A stretch of 64,000 bases of DNA from Squalus acanthias. Lineage: Eukaryota. Shown piece after piece: positions 24,532 through 35,679 of this stretch (its first letter is position 1; each line of letters opens with the position of its first letter). Made by a program: the position numbers and the translations under genes. The notes below the pieces were generated by a model. It was given only the letters and a program-made list of their open reading frames with translations, was not told where the DNA came from and did no database searches. The stretch covers positions 310,001-374,000 of the forward strand of contig JASTWF010000348.1 of assembly GCA_030390025.1 (NCBI GenBank), written 5' to 3'.

Positions 24532-25191
24532 AGGTCATGATGTGGAGATGCCGGCGTTGGACTGGGGTGGACAAAAATGAGAAGTCGCACAACACCAGGT
24601 TATAGTCCAACAGATTTATTTAATTTTACAAGCTTTCGGAGCTGTCGCTCCTTCGTCAGGTAAGTTAGCAATGAGAGAATCTCCCAGAATTCACAATTTA
24701 AACCCAGACAAAATCTATTCACATTATTCGCTACAACAAAGAGCACAGCCAAGACAATGAGATGTGTCCCAGGGGGTCCAACGTGTCAAACCACCTGCTG
24801 GCTGCATATCCTGTCAATTTGTGTTCTTGTGTTAGCCTTTTTAAAAAATAAAAAAAAAAACGGTTCATGTCACGATACAGAACGTGACTTGACATCATGG
24901 CCGGTCTTCCCAGGTGTTTTTTTTTTTTTTAAAAAGGCTAACACAAGAACACAAATTGACAGGATATGCAGCCAGCAGGTGGTTTGACACGTTGGACCCC
25001 CTGGGACACATCTCATTGTCTTGGCTGTGCTCTTTGTTGTAGCGAATAATGTGAATAGATTTTGTCTGGGTTTAAATTGTGAATTCTGAGAGATTCTCTC
25101 ATTGCTAACTTACCTGACGAAGGAGCGACAGCTCCGAAAGCTTGTAAAATTAAATAAATCTGTTGGACTATAACCTGGTGTTGTGCGACTT
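24532..25191. mobile_element. Fold-back Penelope-type element with hammerhead cores in both arms
   Basis: 13-bp TSD CACATTTAAAAAG; about 280-bp near-perfect inverted arms; CTGACGA..GAAA at 25114-25139 (+) and 24634-24659 (-). Confidence 0.8.
25110..25147 (+). ncRNA. Minimal type I hammerhead ribozyme core (mirror copy on minus at about 24626-24663)
   Basis: UUAC-CUGACGA-A-GGAGC-gaca-GCUCC-GAAA-GCUU-GUAA: conserved boxes, stem I, stem II and palindromic AAGCUU. Confidence 0.7.
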
Positions 25192-25374
25192 CACATTTAA
25201 AAAGTACTTGGATGTGCACTTGGGATGCTGTAACCTGCAGGGCTACGGACCAAGAGCTGGGAAGTGGGATTAGGCTGGATGGCTCTTTGTTGGCCGGTGC
25301 GGACGCGATGGGCTGAAATGGCCTCCTTCCGTGCTGTAGCTTTCTATGATTCACTGATACATTTTGGACACCTC

Positions 25375-25886
25375 GGGGGGGGAAATTCGTTTGATTTGCG
25401 CCTCCCACTAGCGAAATTCAGCAGGAGGTTAGCGGCGGCGATGACCCTTAGCACCCCGGGGTGCTGTGCCTCCGGCGATGACGTCGTCGACGTGCGCAGC
25501 ACCCCCCGGCCGCCATCTTCGGGAGCGTCCCCTGACTTACCGCAGATGCTATGTCCGACAGAGTCGGGGGTGCAGGGGGGGGGGGGGGAGGGGTACCTTT
25601 GGCCGGGGCGGCCATTTTTGATGCTGGCCGCCTGCCAGCCCCTGTTGCCATCCCCGGCCTCCTGTGCAGCCCTGCCCCGGTCTATCGCCAGCACTCCGAT
25701 CCCTGGTGGCCCAGCTGGGCCCCGGGTCGCGCTGCGCTAGGCCCCTCTCCTTTTGATAAGGGGAGGAAGGCCTGCAGCACCTCTTGGGGTCGCTACCAGT
25801 GAATTTCTAAAAGTAACGCCCCGGGCGAAGTTAGCGGCCCAAACGGGGTCGCGACCCGATCTTGCCCCCCCCCCCCCCCCCCCCCC
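25375..25886. mobile_element. GC-rich Harbinger-type MITE (internally deleted)
   Basis: G-run plus AAATT left end, C-run right end; internal similarity to 38146-38907. Confidence 0.75.
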
Positions 25887-26041
25887 GATTTCGAACAGCT
25901 CCTTTTGTCCGTAACCTGGACCGAGGCTGTAATGAGGACTGGAGTCGAGTGGGCCGAACCCCGAGGTATGACTCCAGCCAGGCCCTTACAGAGGCGCCCG
26001 CTCTAATCGCCTGTTTCTCCTCCTGCCACCGCCCTCCACAG

Positions 26042-26200
26042 AACGAGTACAGCTGCCGGCTGGACTTCCTCTGGAAGAAGAAGTTTCGACAGGAGCGGGA
26101 GAAGATTGAGACGATGGAGAACCTGAACCGGGTGCTGCTGGAGAACGTGCTGCCAGCTCACGTGGCCGTGCAGTTCATCGGGCAGAACCTCAAGAACGAG
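26042..26200 (+). CDS. ADCY4: Adenylyl cyclase exon (helical linker before C2)
   Basis: ACAG acceptor, GTGAGC donor; NEYSCRLDFLWKKKFRQEREKIETMENLNRVLLENVLPAHVAVQFIGQNLKNE; 159 nt. Confidence 0.96.
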
Positions 26201-26399
26201 GTGAGCGCCCTCGGGTGGGTGGGGGTGGGGGGCAGGGGTGCCGGCACGGCGGGGTTTGGGGTGGAGTCGAAGCGGCAGCAGCCTCGGGGGGGTCCGTCCG
26301 GCTGATCCATCCGGGGTCGTGTCAGCGTGAGCGCGGGGTGTGGGGGGGGGGAGGGGATCGGCGTGAAATTGGAGACCGGAGGGAGTGTTGGTGTGGAGC

Positions 26400-28365
26400 T
26401 GGGAGGAGGGAGGAGGGGAGGGCGGTGTCAGAGTAGAGATCGGGGGGAGGGCGGGGAGGTGAGAGGGGAAGGGGGAGAGGGAGGAGGGGAGGGCGGTGTC
26501 AGAGTAGAGATCGGGGGAGGGCTGGGAGGTGAGAGGGGAAGGGGAGAGGGAGGAGGGGAGGGCGGTGTCAGAGTAGAGATCGGGGGGAGGTGAGAGGGGA
26601 AGGAGGAGGGGAGGGCGGTGTCAGAGTAGAGATTGGGGGGAGGGCGGGGAGGTGAGAGGGGAAGGGGAGAGGGAAGAGGGGAGGGCGGTGTCAGAGTAGA
26701 GATCGGGGGAGGTGAGAGGGGAAGGGGGAGAGGGAGGAGGGGAGGGCGGTGTCAGAGTAGAGATCGGGGGGAGGTGAGAGGGGAAGGAGGAGGGGAGGGC
26801 GGTGTCAAGAGTAGAGATTGGGGGGAGGGCGGGGAGGTGAGAGGGGAAGGGGAGAGGGAAGAGGGGAGGGCGGTGTCAGAGTAGAGATCGGGGGGAGGTG
26901 AGAGGGGAAGGGGGAGAGGGAGGAGGGGAGGGCGGTGTCAGAGTAGAGATCGGGGGAGGTGAGAGGGGAAGGGGGAGAGGGAGGAGGGGAGGGCGGTGTC
27001 AGAGTAGAGATCGGGGGGAGGGCGGGGAGGTGAGAGGGGAAGGGGGAGAGGGAGGAGGGGAGGGCGGTGTCAGGGTAGAGATCGGGGGGAGGACGGGGAG
27101 GTGAGAGGGGAAGGGGGAGAGGGAGGAGGGGAGGGCGGTGTCAGAGTAGAGATCGGGGGGAGGGCGGGGAGGTGAGAGGGGAAGGGGAGCGGGAGGAGGG
27201 GAGGGCGGTGTCAGAGTAGAGATCGGGGGGAGGTGAGAGGGGAAGGGGGAGAGGGAGATGGGGAGGGCGGTGTCAGAGTAGAGATCGGGGGAGGTGAGAG
27301 GGGAAGGGGGAGAGGGAGGAGGGGAGGGCGGTGTCAGAGTAGAGATCGGGGGGAGGGCGGGGAGGTGAGAGGGGAAGGGGGAGAGGGAGGAGGGGAGGGC
27401 GGTGTCAGAGTAGAGATCGGGGGAGGGCTGGGAGGTGAGAGGGGAAGGGGAGAGGGAGGAGGGGAGGGCGGTGTCAGAGTAGAGATCGGGGGGAGGTGAG
27501 AGGGGAAGGAGGAGGGGAGGGCGGTGTCAGAGTAGAGATTGGGGGGAGGGCGGGGAGGTGAGAGGGGAAGGGGAGAGGGAAGAGGGGAGGGCGGTGTCAG
27601 AGTAGAGATCGGGGGAGGTGAGAGGGGAAGGGGGAGAGGGAGGAGGGGAGGGCGGTGTCAGAGTAGAGATCGGGGGAGGTGAGAGGGGAAGGGGGAGAGG
27701 GAGGAGGGGAGGGCGGTGTCAGAGTAGAGATCGGGGGGAGGGCGGGGAGGTGAGAGGGGAAGGGGGAGAGGGAGGAGGGGAGGGCGGTGTCAGGGTAGAG
27801 ATCGGGGGGAGGACGGGGAGGTGAGAGGGGAAGGGGGAGAGGGAGGAGGGGAGGGCGGTGTCAGAGTAGAGATCGGGGGGAGGGCGGGGAGGTGAGAGGG
27901 GAAGGGGAGCGGGAGGAGGGGAGGGCGGTGTCAGAGTAGAGATCGGGGGGAGGTGAGAGGGGAAGGGGGAGAGGGAGGAGGGGAGGGCGGTGTCAGAGTA
28001 GAGATCGGGGGAGGTGAGAGGGGAAGGGGGAGAGGGAGGAGGGGAGGGCGGTGTCAGAGTAGAGATCGGGGGGAGGGCGGGGAGGTGAGAGGGGAAGGGG
28101 GAGAGGGAGGAGGGGAGGGCGGTGTCAGGGTAGAGATCGGGGGGAGGACGGGGAGGTGAGAGGGGAAGGGGGAGAGGGAGGAGGGGAGGGCGGTGTCAGA
28201 GTAGAGATCGGGGGGAGGTGAGAGGGGAAGGGGGAGAGGGAGGAGGGGAGGGCGGTGTCAGAGTAGAGATCGGGGGGAGATGAGAGGGGAAGGGGGAGAG
28301 GGAGGAGGGGAGGGCGGTGTCAGAGTAGAGTTTGGGGGGGAGGGCGGGGAGGTGAGAGGGGAAGG
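26400..28365. repeat. G/purine-rich minisatellite with variable 50-70 bp unit
   Basis: Recurrent GGGGAGGGCGGTGTCAGAGTAGAGATCGGGGG..GGTGAGAGGGGAAGG. Confidence 0.96.
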
Positions 28366-28837
28366 GGCTGTCCCTGCGGGGAAGGGGATGGGAGGTTGGC
28401 GTGGAGATCGCAGGGGGATGGGAGGAGTGGGTGTTAGACCGGAGATCGGAGGGTCCGGGTGTGTGGGAGCGGGGATCGGAGGGGGAAGGGTGCATGACGG
28501 AGCGGGGAATCGGAGCGGGAGGGAGAGGAGAAAGGGTTGTCGGAGTGGAGATGGAAGAGGCGGGGGGGGGTGTCAGATTGGAGATCCGAAAGGGAGGGGG
28601 GGAGGGGGTGTCCGTGCGTGTCTCGGAGCGGGGGAGAGGGAGCGGAGATCGGGTGGAGGCGGAGCGGGGGGTGGGGTCAGGCACTGACCTTTCACCCTCT
28701 GGCGACTCGGGGTCAAATTCAGCCCCAGCCGAATGGGGATGAAGGTCCCCCCCTCTGTCTGATGAAGGGGGACTGGTGATGGGTCAGACACCCTCCCCCT
28801 TCTCCGCCCGCCTCACCTCCTGCGATCTCGCCCTCAG

Positions 28838-28984
28838 GACCTCTACCACCAGTCCTACGACTGCGTCTGCGTCATGTTTGCCTCCATCCCGGATTTCAAG
28901 GAGTTTTACTCGGAAACGGACGTCAACAGGGAAGGTCTGGAGTGCCTGCGGCTGCTGAACGAGATCATCGCCGATTTCGATGAG
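28838..28984 (+). CDS. ADCY4: Adenylyl cyclase exon (C2 catalytic domain)
   Basis: TCAG acceptor, GTAAGG donor; [49 protein letters not shown]; 147 nt. Confidence 0.97.
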
Positions 28985-29248
28985 GTAAGGGATTCCCCCT
29001 GCGTTACCACAGTGACCACACCACAAAAGCACCTCATTGGCTGTAAGGCGCTTTGGGACGTCCTGAGGTGGTGAAAGGCAAGCTCGTTCTTTTTTTTCAG
29101 CCCCTAACCTTGTCGCACTTCCCCTGGATTTGGGGGAGAGGGCAGGCCTGCATTTAAATATCTTCGGCCTCAGTTGACAGCAACAACAACTTATATTTAT
29201 ATAACGCCTTTAAGGTAGTAAACCAAATCTGACACCGAGCCACATATT

Positions 29249-30013
29249 GGCCCAGAAATTAAAGAGTGAGTGTTCCCGCGGGAGTAAGGCTTCCCCGCGA
29301 TATCTCACTCCGCGCCTACCTTTTTCCTCCGGGCCCACACCAACTTTAGTTTCAAGGCCGATCCCACATGCAGCTGTGCAGTGCTTGCGTGACCCAGAGA
29401 CGCAATTAGTTCGTGCGAGCTCTGGGATCACGTGATTCAGTTAGAGCCAATGGCAGCACACCATCTTTCATTCATAGTTTTAACAGCAAGGGCTGTCAAA
29501 GCTATGAATCCTACACCCCCCCAAAAGAACAGCTAAACCGCAATTAAATTTTAAAAAAAAGCCATCACATTAATAAAATAAGTCTAGTTAAATAAGTTAA
29601 CCACTTTAAACAAAAAATTAAATTTTTGAAAAAATTTAAAATCTTTTTAAAAGTTATAAAAATAAACTTACCTTTCTTTAAAGTCTCTAAAAAAGATAAA
29701 CCTGTTGAAAAAAATTTAAAATAATACTTAATTAACTACTTACCTTGTTAAAAGAGGGTCTTACGCCTCCTTTCTTTATGTGTAAAATCTTCCATGCTTA
29801 CCTGCGCGTTCAAAGCTGCAAAAATAACTAAGTGCACTGCGTGCGCACAGCCTGTAGCGCGCACGCGGTTCACTTAGGAACCGCCCCCTTTTGAATTCAC
29901 GAAGTGCCGGTTTCCCGCGCATGCGCAGTGCATGCAGGAAACCGGCAATTGGAGACCTAAAACGCGAGAGTGCACAGTGCGTACTCTCGCGTATTAGGTC
30001 TAATTTTCGGGCC
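29249..30013. mobile_element. Harbinger-type MITE with AT-rich core
   Basis: TIR GGCCCAGAAATT / AATTTTCGGGCC; TSD ATT. Confidence 0.85.
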
Positions 30014-30617
30014 ATTGAGTACAAAAGTAGAGAAGTTATGCTGAACCTTTATAAAGCGCTGGTTAGGCCACAACTGGAGTATTGCGTCCAGTTCTGGTCA
30101 CCACACTTTAGGAAGGATGTGAAGGCCCTTGAGAGGGTGCAGAGGAGATTTACCAGAATTTGGTTCTGGGGATGGGGGATCTCAGCTACAAGGACAGGTT
30201 GGAGAAGCTGGATTTGTTTTCATCAGAGCAAAGGAGGTTGAGGGGTGATTTGATAGAGGTGTACAAGATTATGACAGGTTTGGATAGGCTAGACGGGGAA
30301 AGGCTGTTCCCACTAGTTGATGGTACAAGGACTAGGGGACACAGATTTAAGGTTTTGGGCAAGAGGTACAGGGGGGACGTGAGGGAAAACTTATTTACGC
30401 AGCGAGTGGCGAGGACCTGGAACTCGCTGCCGACGGAAGTGGTGGAAGCGGAGACACTCAATGTTTTCAAGGGGAGACTGGATAGGCACTTGAGGGAAAT
30501 AAACTTGCAGGGCTACAGGGATAGAGCAGGGGAATGGGACTGACTGGATTGCTCTACAGAGAGCCAGCACGCACTCGATGGGCCGAATGGCCTCCTTCTG
30601 TGCCATTATGACTCTAT
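30014..30617 (+). mobile_element. CR1 LINE 3' fragment
   Basis: [39 protein letters not shown]. Confidence 0.92.
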
Positions 30618-31300
30618 ACTTTTAGCGCCCCGAACAAATTAGCGCCCCCCCGCGGCCGAAATTGAGTGGTAGCACCCCAAGAGGGAGGCGGGGCGTTACT
30701 GGAAGCACCCCGCCTCCCTCTTGGGGCGCTGCGAGGGAATATCGCGGCACGTCGCGCTGCAGTATTGCAGGCCTTCCACCCCTTCTTAGAGGGGAGGGGC
30801 CTTGCGCAGCGCGACCCGGGGCCCAGCTGGGCCCCCGGGGATCGGGAGTGCCGGCAAAAGAGCCCGGGCTCATGGAGCGCAGCCGGCACTCCGCGGGGGC
30901 AGGGTGTTGCTCAGGAGGCCGGGGACGGCAACGGGGGCAGGTGCTGGCAAGCAGGCCAGCAACAAAAATGGCCGCCCGGCACCTCGCCTTTAATTAGCGC
31001 CGCCCCGACCGCAGGTCAGGCCCCCCCCCCAACCCCGTCGGACATAGCGTCCAGCGGTAAGTCAGGGGGCGCTCCCGAAGATCGCAGCCGAGGCGCGAGT
31101 GGGGCGCTGCGCACGGTGATGACGTCATCGCCGACGGCACAGCGCCGCAGGGCGCTAACGGTTACCGCCGCCGCTAGCCTTCCCGCTGAATTTCGCGGGA
31201 GGGGTGGGCGGCGCCGCGCCCGGGTGCTAGTTGCTTTGCACCCCGTCAGCGCCCTCTTAGGATACTAACGGGAGGCGCATAGCGACCGAATTTTTCCCCC
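30618..31300. mobile_element. GC-rich Harbinger-type MITE, one end truncated, within a CR1 tail
   Basis: Reverse-oriented relative of 38146-38907; ends AATTTTTCCCCC; CR1 tail motif on both sides. Confidence 0.75.
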
Positions 31301-31329
31301 TATGATTCTATATTCGGACAGGCTCAGTC

Positions 31330-31680
31330 AGAGAGGTAGGTTTTAAGGAGCGTCTTAAAGGAGGAGAGAGAGAGGGCTGGAGAGGTTTAGGGAGGGAATT
31401 CCAGAGCTTAGGGCCCAGGCAGCTGAAGGCACGGCCGCCAATGGTGGAGCGATTAAAATCGGGGGATGCGCAAGAGGCCGGAATTGGAGGAGCGCAGAGA
31501 TCTCGAGGGGGTTGTTGGGGCTGACAGAGATAGGGAGGGAGGCGAGGCCGTGGAGGGATTTGAAAACAAGAATGAGAATTTTAAAATCGAGGCGCTGCTT
31601 AACCGGGAGCCAATGTAGGTCAGCGAGCACAGGGGTGATGGGCGAACGGGATTTGGTGCGAGCTCGGAGGTGGGCAGCAG
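31330..31680 (-). mobile_element. L2 LINE fragment
   Basis: LADLHWLPVKQRLDFKILILVFKSLHGLA. Confidence 0.88.
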
Positions 31681-31844
31681 CAGAGGAGGAGGGAGATGGA
31701 AGGAGGAATGTATCTGAGGTGCCCTGATCGTTAGTTTTTCAAATTTACATCTTCCCTGAGGCCCGGAGCCATGTTGGTAACCAGGACAATGCCTGTAGCC
31801 TTTTTTTTAACGTTAGCATCTGTGATTGGCGACTGATGTTCAGA

Positions 31845-32460
31845 GGTTGCGAGTGCCCCCTTCTTGAAGGGGCGCAACCAAGGAACTAAATTAACAAATT
31901 AAACTTAACAAGTCAAATTAAAATTGATGAAGCACGCCAGTCCCTCCGGTGCCCACTGGTTGCAGGAGGCCTCAAGCGTGCCGGTGGACACCAGGCTGCT
32001 CAGTCTCCAGGGACGCAAACCCACCCGCGGAAGAGAGTCAGGATGCCAGGCCGAACGTCCCCTCCTCGACCGCTGCGCTGCCTGGACCTGCGGTTGGCCA
32101 CCTTGTCCAAGGCCCAGGAGCTCTCCTCCTCCTCCTCCGAGGTCCTCCGACGTCCCCTCCTCCGCGCCGGCTGACCAAAGATCAGGAGCGCGGGACTGGA
32201 GTGCAGCCAAGCATTGGAGGAGCAGCCCCTTCAGACCGCGGAAGAGGGGCTGCGACCTCTCGCGCTCAACCTGGGCGCGGAAGGCGGACTCCTCCGGGCC
32301 GCAGGAAAAGGAGTCCGTGAATCTGCTGTGCGCGACACTCCCCGCCCCAGATCCCCAACGGAAAAGGGGAGGGCTCCCGCGTAGAGACTGGGGACCCTCC
32401 CCGCCCCCCCCCGCCCCGGTCACCTCCAGACGGCAGGATAGTACGCCAGGGCACGTCCGG
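31845..32460 (-). mobile_element. Degenerate Tx1/L1-type LINE 3' end
   Basis: CGPEES..QPLFRGLKGLLL, LLIFG, LLGL, VSTGTLEA..WAPEGLAC resemble the recalled Tx1 ORF2 C-terminus; frameshifted. Confidence 0.6.
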
Positions 32461-32689
32461 AGGACGATGAAGTGGAGCAGCCCGTGCAGGAAAAGCCCTC
32501 CGCGCAGAATGGAAAGGCAACGAAAGGGATTTCCGTGAGACGGCTGAAGTTGCGAGGCGCCGGCTCCCGAGGGAGGTTTCGGGGCCTGGCGCTGATGAGA
32601 AATTCCATCCAAACGGTGTGGAGGGGGGGGGAGGGGGGGTGCAGTTCGGACGGGATCGCCCCACACGCTTCGGATAACGCATGTAGCCC

Positions 32690-32945
32690 TTTTCAAATTT
32701 ACGTCCACCCAAAGGGCCGGAGCCACGTTGGTTACCAGGGCAACGCAAGTGGGCCTTGTAAAATTGACGCCCTCCCTGAGGCCCAGTGCCATGCTGGTTA
32801 CCAGGACAGCGCAAGTAGGCCTTGTAAAATTGACGCCCTCCCTGAGGCCCAGTGCCATGCTGGTTACCAGGACAACGCAAGTGGGCCTTGTAAAATTGAC
32901 GCCCTCCCTGAGGCCCAGTGCCATGTTGGTTACCAGGGCAACACA
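32690..32945. repeat. 66-bp tandem repeat (about 4 units; related unit at 31736-31800)
   Basis: TTGTAAAATTGACGCCCTCCCTGAGGCCCAGTGCCATG.TGGTTACCAGG at 32756, 32822 and 32888. Confidence 0.92.
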
Positions 32946-33104
32946 GGCCAGGTGCCAAGAGCAGATATGGGTTGCATGAGATATAAAACCTCTCATTTAA
33001 GTAGCTTCAGAACAGACCCTCCCACTTAAGGGTGGGCATAATGTGTACCCGTCCCTACCGCCCTCAACATATTTTGACCGACAGGAAAGATGTGGCAGAG
33101 TTGG

Positions 33105-33832
33105 CCCTTGACATTCAACGGCATTACCATCGCCGAATCCCCCACCATCAACATCCTGGGGGGTTACCATTGGCCAGAAACTTAACTGGACCAGCCACAT
33201 AAATACTGTGGCCACAAGAGCAGGTCAGAGGCTGGGTATTCTGCGGCAAGTGTCTCACCTCCTGACTCCCCAAAGCCTTTCCACCATCTACAAGGCACAA
33301 GTCAGGAGTGTGATGGAATACTCTCCACTTGCCTGGATGAGTGCAGCTCCAACAACACTCAAGAAGCTCGACACCATCCAGGACAAAGCAGCCCGCTTGA
33401 TTGGCACCCCATCCACCACCTTAAACATTCACTCCCTCCACCACCGGCGTACCGTGGCTGCAGTGTGTACCATCTACAAGATGCACTGCAGCAACTCGCC
33501 AAGGCTTCTTCGGCAGCACCTCCCAAACCCGCGACCTCTCCACCTAGAAGGACGAGGGCAGCAGGCGCAGGGGAACACCACCACCTCCAAGTTCCCCTCC
33601 AAGTCACACACCATCCTGACTTAGAAATATATCAGCCGATCCTTCATCGTCGCTGGGTCAAAATCCTGGAACTCCCTACCTAACAGCACTGTGGAAGGAC
33701 CTTCACCACACGGACTGCAGCGGTTCAAGAAGGCGGCTCACCACCACCTTCTCAAGGGCAACTAGGGATGGGCAATAAATGCTGGCCTTGCCAGCGACAC
33801 CCACATCCCGTGAACGAATAAATAATTAAATA
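33105..33832 (+). mobile_element. Non-LTR retrotransposon 3' fragment (second family)
   Basis: ATRAGQRLGILR..YKAQVRSVMEYSP; (AATA)n tail. Confidence 0.87.
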
Positions 33833-33989
33833 AATCCCGCCCAATTTTGCCCACACAACCGCACCCGCACCGCCCCCGCCCCCCCAGCCATAGTTTTGAC
33901 ATTGACTTAACAGAGGAGAGGGCGAGTTAAAGTACGTGTGGAAAGAAAATGCACTTTTTTCTAACGTAATCCGTTCCTCTTCTCTGCAG

Positions 33990-34097
33990 CTCCTCTCGAA
34001 ACCCAAATTCAGCGGTGTGGAGAAGATCAAGACTATCGGCAGCACTTACATGGCAGCGTCAGGGCTGAATGCTGCTCTGGGACAGGAGGGCCCGCAG
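33990..34097 (+). CDS. ADCY4: Adenylyl cyclase exon (C2 catalytic domain)
   Basis: GCAG acceptor, GTAATG donor; LLSKPKFSGVEKIKTIGSTYMAASGLNAALGQEGPQ; 108 nt. Confidence 0.97.
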
Positions 34098-34589
34098 GTA
34101 ATGTGGAGAGGGGCCGAAGGGGCTTTTCCCCGATGGTTGAGATTTATCCGTTTCCCCTTCCTCTAATGGGGCAGGTATGGTCCTCTCACTCTCTGGGACC
34201 TGGGATTGGGGGGCGGGGGGCGGGGGGGGCGTCAGTGGGTCAGACATTGACCTTTCACCCTCTGGGGACCCTGGGGTCAAATCACAGCCTCAGACAGAGG
34301 GGGATGAAGGTCTCCACTCTCTCTGATGTGGAGGTTTGGGTGGGGCCAGAGTTCACACCAGTTCTTTGGCACTTACTTCGCCTCAATGTGATGTGCAGCA
34401 AAAAATTTTTTATTGGTTCCTGAGATGGGGGCGCCGCTAGAATAGTCAGCGCTCCTTCATCCCACACGGACAGCAGGAAGAGCAGGGGTGGGGGTGGGGG
34501 GGGGGGGTGGAGGGGTTGGCAGAGGGTCAGCCACTGACCTTTCACCCTCTGGGTCCTGGTTTTAACCCTGACTGCATTCTGTAACATTT

Positions 34590-35357
34590 TTTGAAATTCT
34601 TCATGGGATGTGGGCGTCGCTGGCAAGGCCAGCATTTATTGCCCATCCCTAGTTGCCCTCGAGAAGGTGGTGGTGAGCCGCCTTCTTGAACTGCTGCAGT
34701 CCGTGTGGTGAAGGTACTCCCGCAGTGCTGTTAGGGAGGGAGTTCCAGGATTTTGACCCAGCGACGATGAAGGAACGGCCGATATATTTTTAAGTGGACA
34801 TGAGTTTGAGTTCGGATCGGTCAAGGCCCTGTGGGTGGCGGAGCGGGCCCAGGGGCCGAGTGGCCTGGTCCTGCTCCTACTTCTTGTGTTCTTTAGAGTT
34901 GAGGTTGGATCAGATCAGCCATGATCTCATTGAATGGCGGAGCAGGCTCGAGGGGCCGATTGGTCTACTCCTGCTCCTATTTCTTATGTTCTTATGTTCT
35001 AAGTCAGGATGGTGTGTGACTCGGAGGGGAACTTGGAGGTGGTGGTGTTCCCATGCGCCTGCTGCCTTTGTCCTTCTAGGTGGAAGAGGTCGCGGGTTTG
35101 GGAGGTGCTGCCGAAGAAGCCTTGGCGAGTTGCTGCAGTGCATCTTGTAGATGGTACACCCTGCAGCCGCGGTGCGCCGGTGGTGGAGGGAGTGAATGTT
35201 TAAGGTGGTGGATGGGGTGCCAATCAAGCGGGCTGCTTTGTCCTGAACGGTGTCGAGCTTCTTGAGTGTTGTTGGAGCTGCACTCATCCAGGCAAGTGGA
35301 GAGTCTTCCATCACACTCCTGACTTGTGCCTTGTAGATGGTGGAAAGGCTTTGGAGA
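34590..35357 (-). mobile_element. Non-LTR 3' fragment (second family) interrupted by two short + strand CR1 tails (about 34790-35000)
   Basis: Reverse complement of 33270-33830 with CR1 3' UTR inserts. Confidence 0.82.
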
Positions 35358-35437
35358 ATTGCTAACTCGTGGAGGTTGCTGGTTATGTGGTTGACCCTGT
35401 TTTTGTCTCCTTGCTGCTGCCCCCCCCCCGCCTGCAG

Positions 35438-35552
35438 GACTCCGAGCGGAATTGCATGCACATTGGGGTGATGGTAGAGTTTGCGGTGGCAATGATGGGG
35501 AAGCTGGACTTCATCAACAAGCATTCGTTCAACAACTTCAAGCTCCGGATCG
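35438..35552 (+). CDS. ADCY4: Adenylyl cyclase exon (C2 catalytic domain)
   Basis: GCAG acceptor, GTGAGT donor; DSERNCMHIGVMVEFAVAMMGKLDFINKHSFNNFKLRI; ends phase 1. Confidence 0.96.
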
Positions 35553-35679
35553 GTGAGTGACCCCTGACTGAGGGCGCGTTGACTTCCTGATTCCGAGACA
35601 CACCGCCCCTTGATATTCCTCAACTTAGCAGTTGTTTTTTTCAGTGGAAGAAGGCATTCTATCCACACAAGGATGGTTG

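Larger units (their letters stand above)
23700..25355 (+). mobile_element. CR1 LINE copy interrupted at 24532-25191
   Basis: 279-aa ORF with NDLD..KFADDTKIG; resumes FKKYLDVHL after the insertion. Confidence 0.92.

Noticed and set aside
26327..28742. Gly/Glu/Arg-rich ORFs
   Set aside because: Translations of the G-rich minisatellite.
28740..28790. CTGATGA with a nearby hairpin as a hammerhead or C/D snoRNA
   Set aside because: No GAAA box after a stem and no convincing box pair; part of an old SINE-like remnant.
31905..32996. 363-aa ORF with 22-aa repeats
   Set aside because: Chance fusion of a 66-bp tandem repeat with a decayed LINE fragment.
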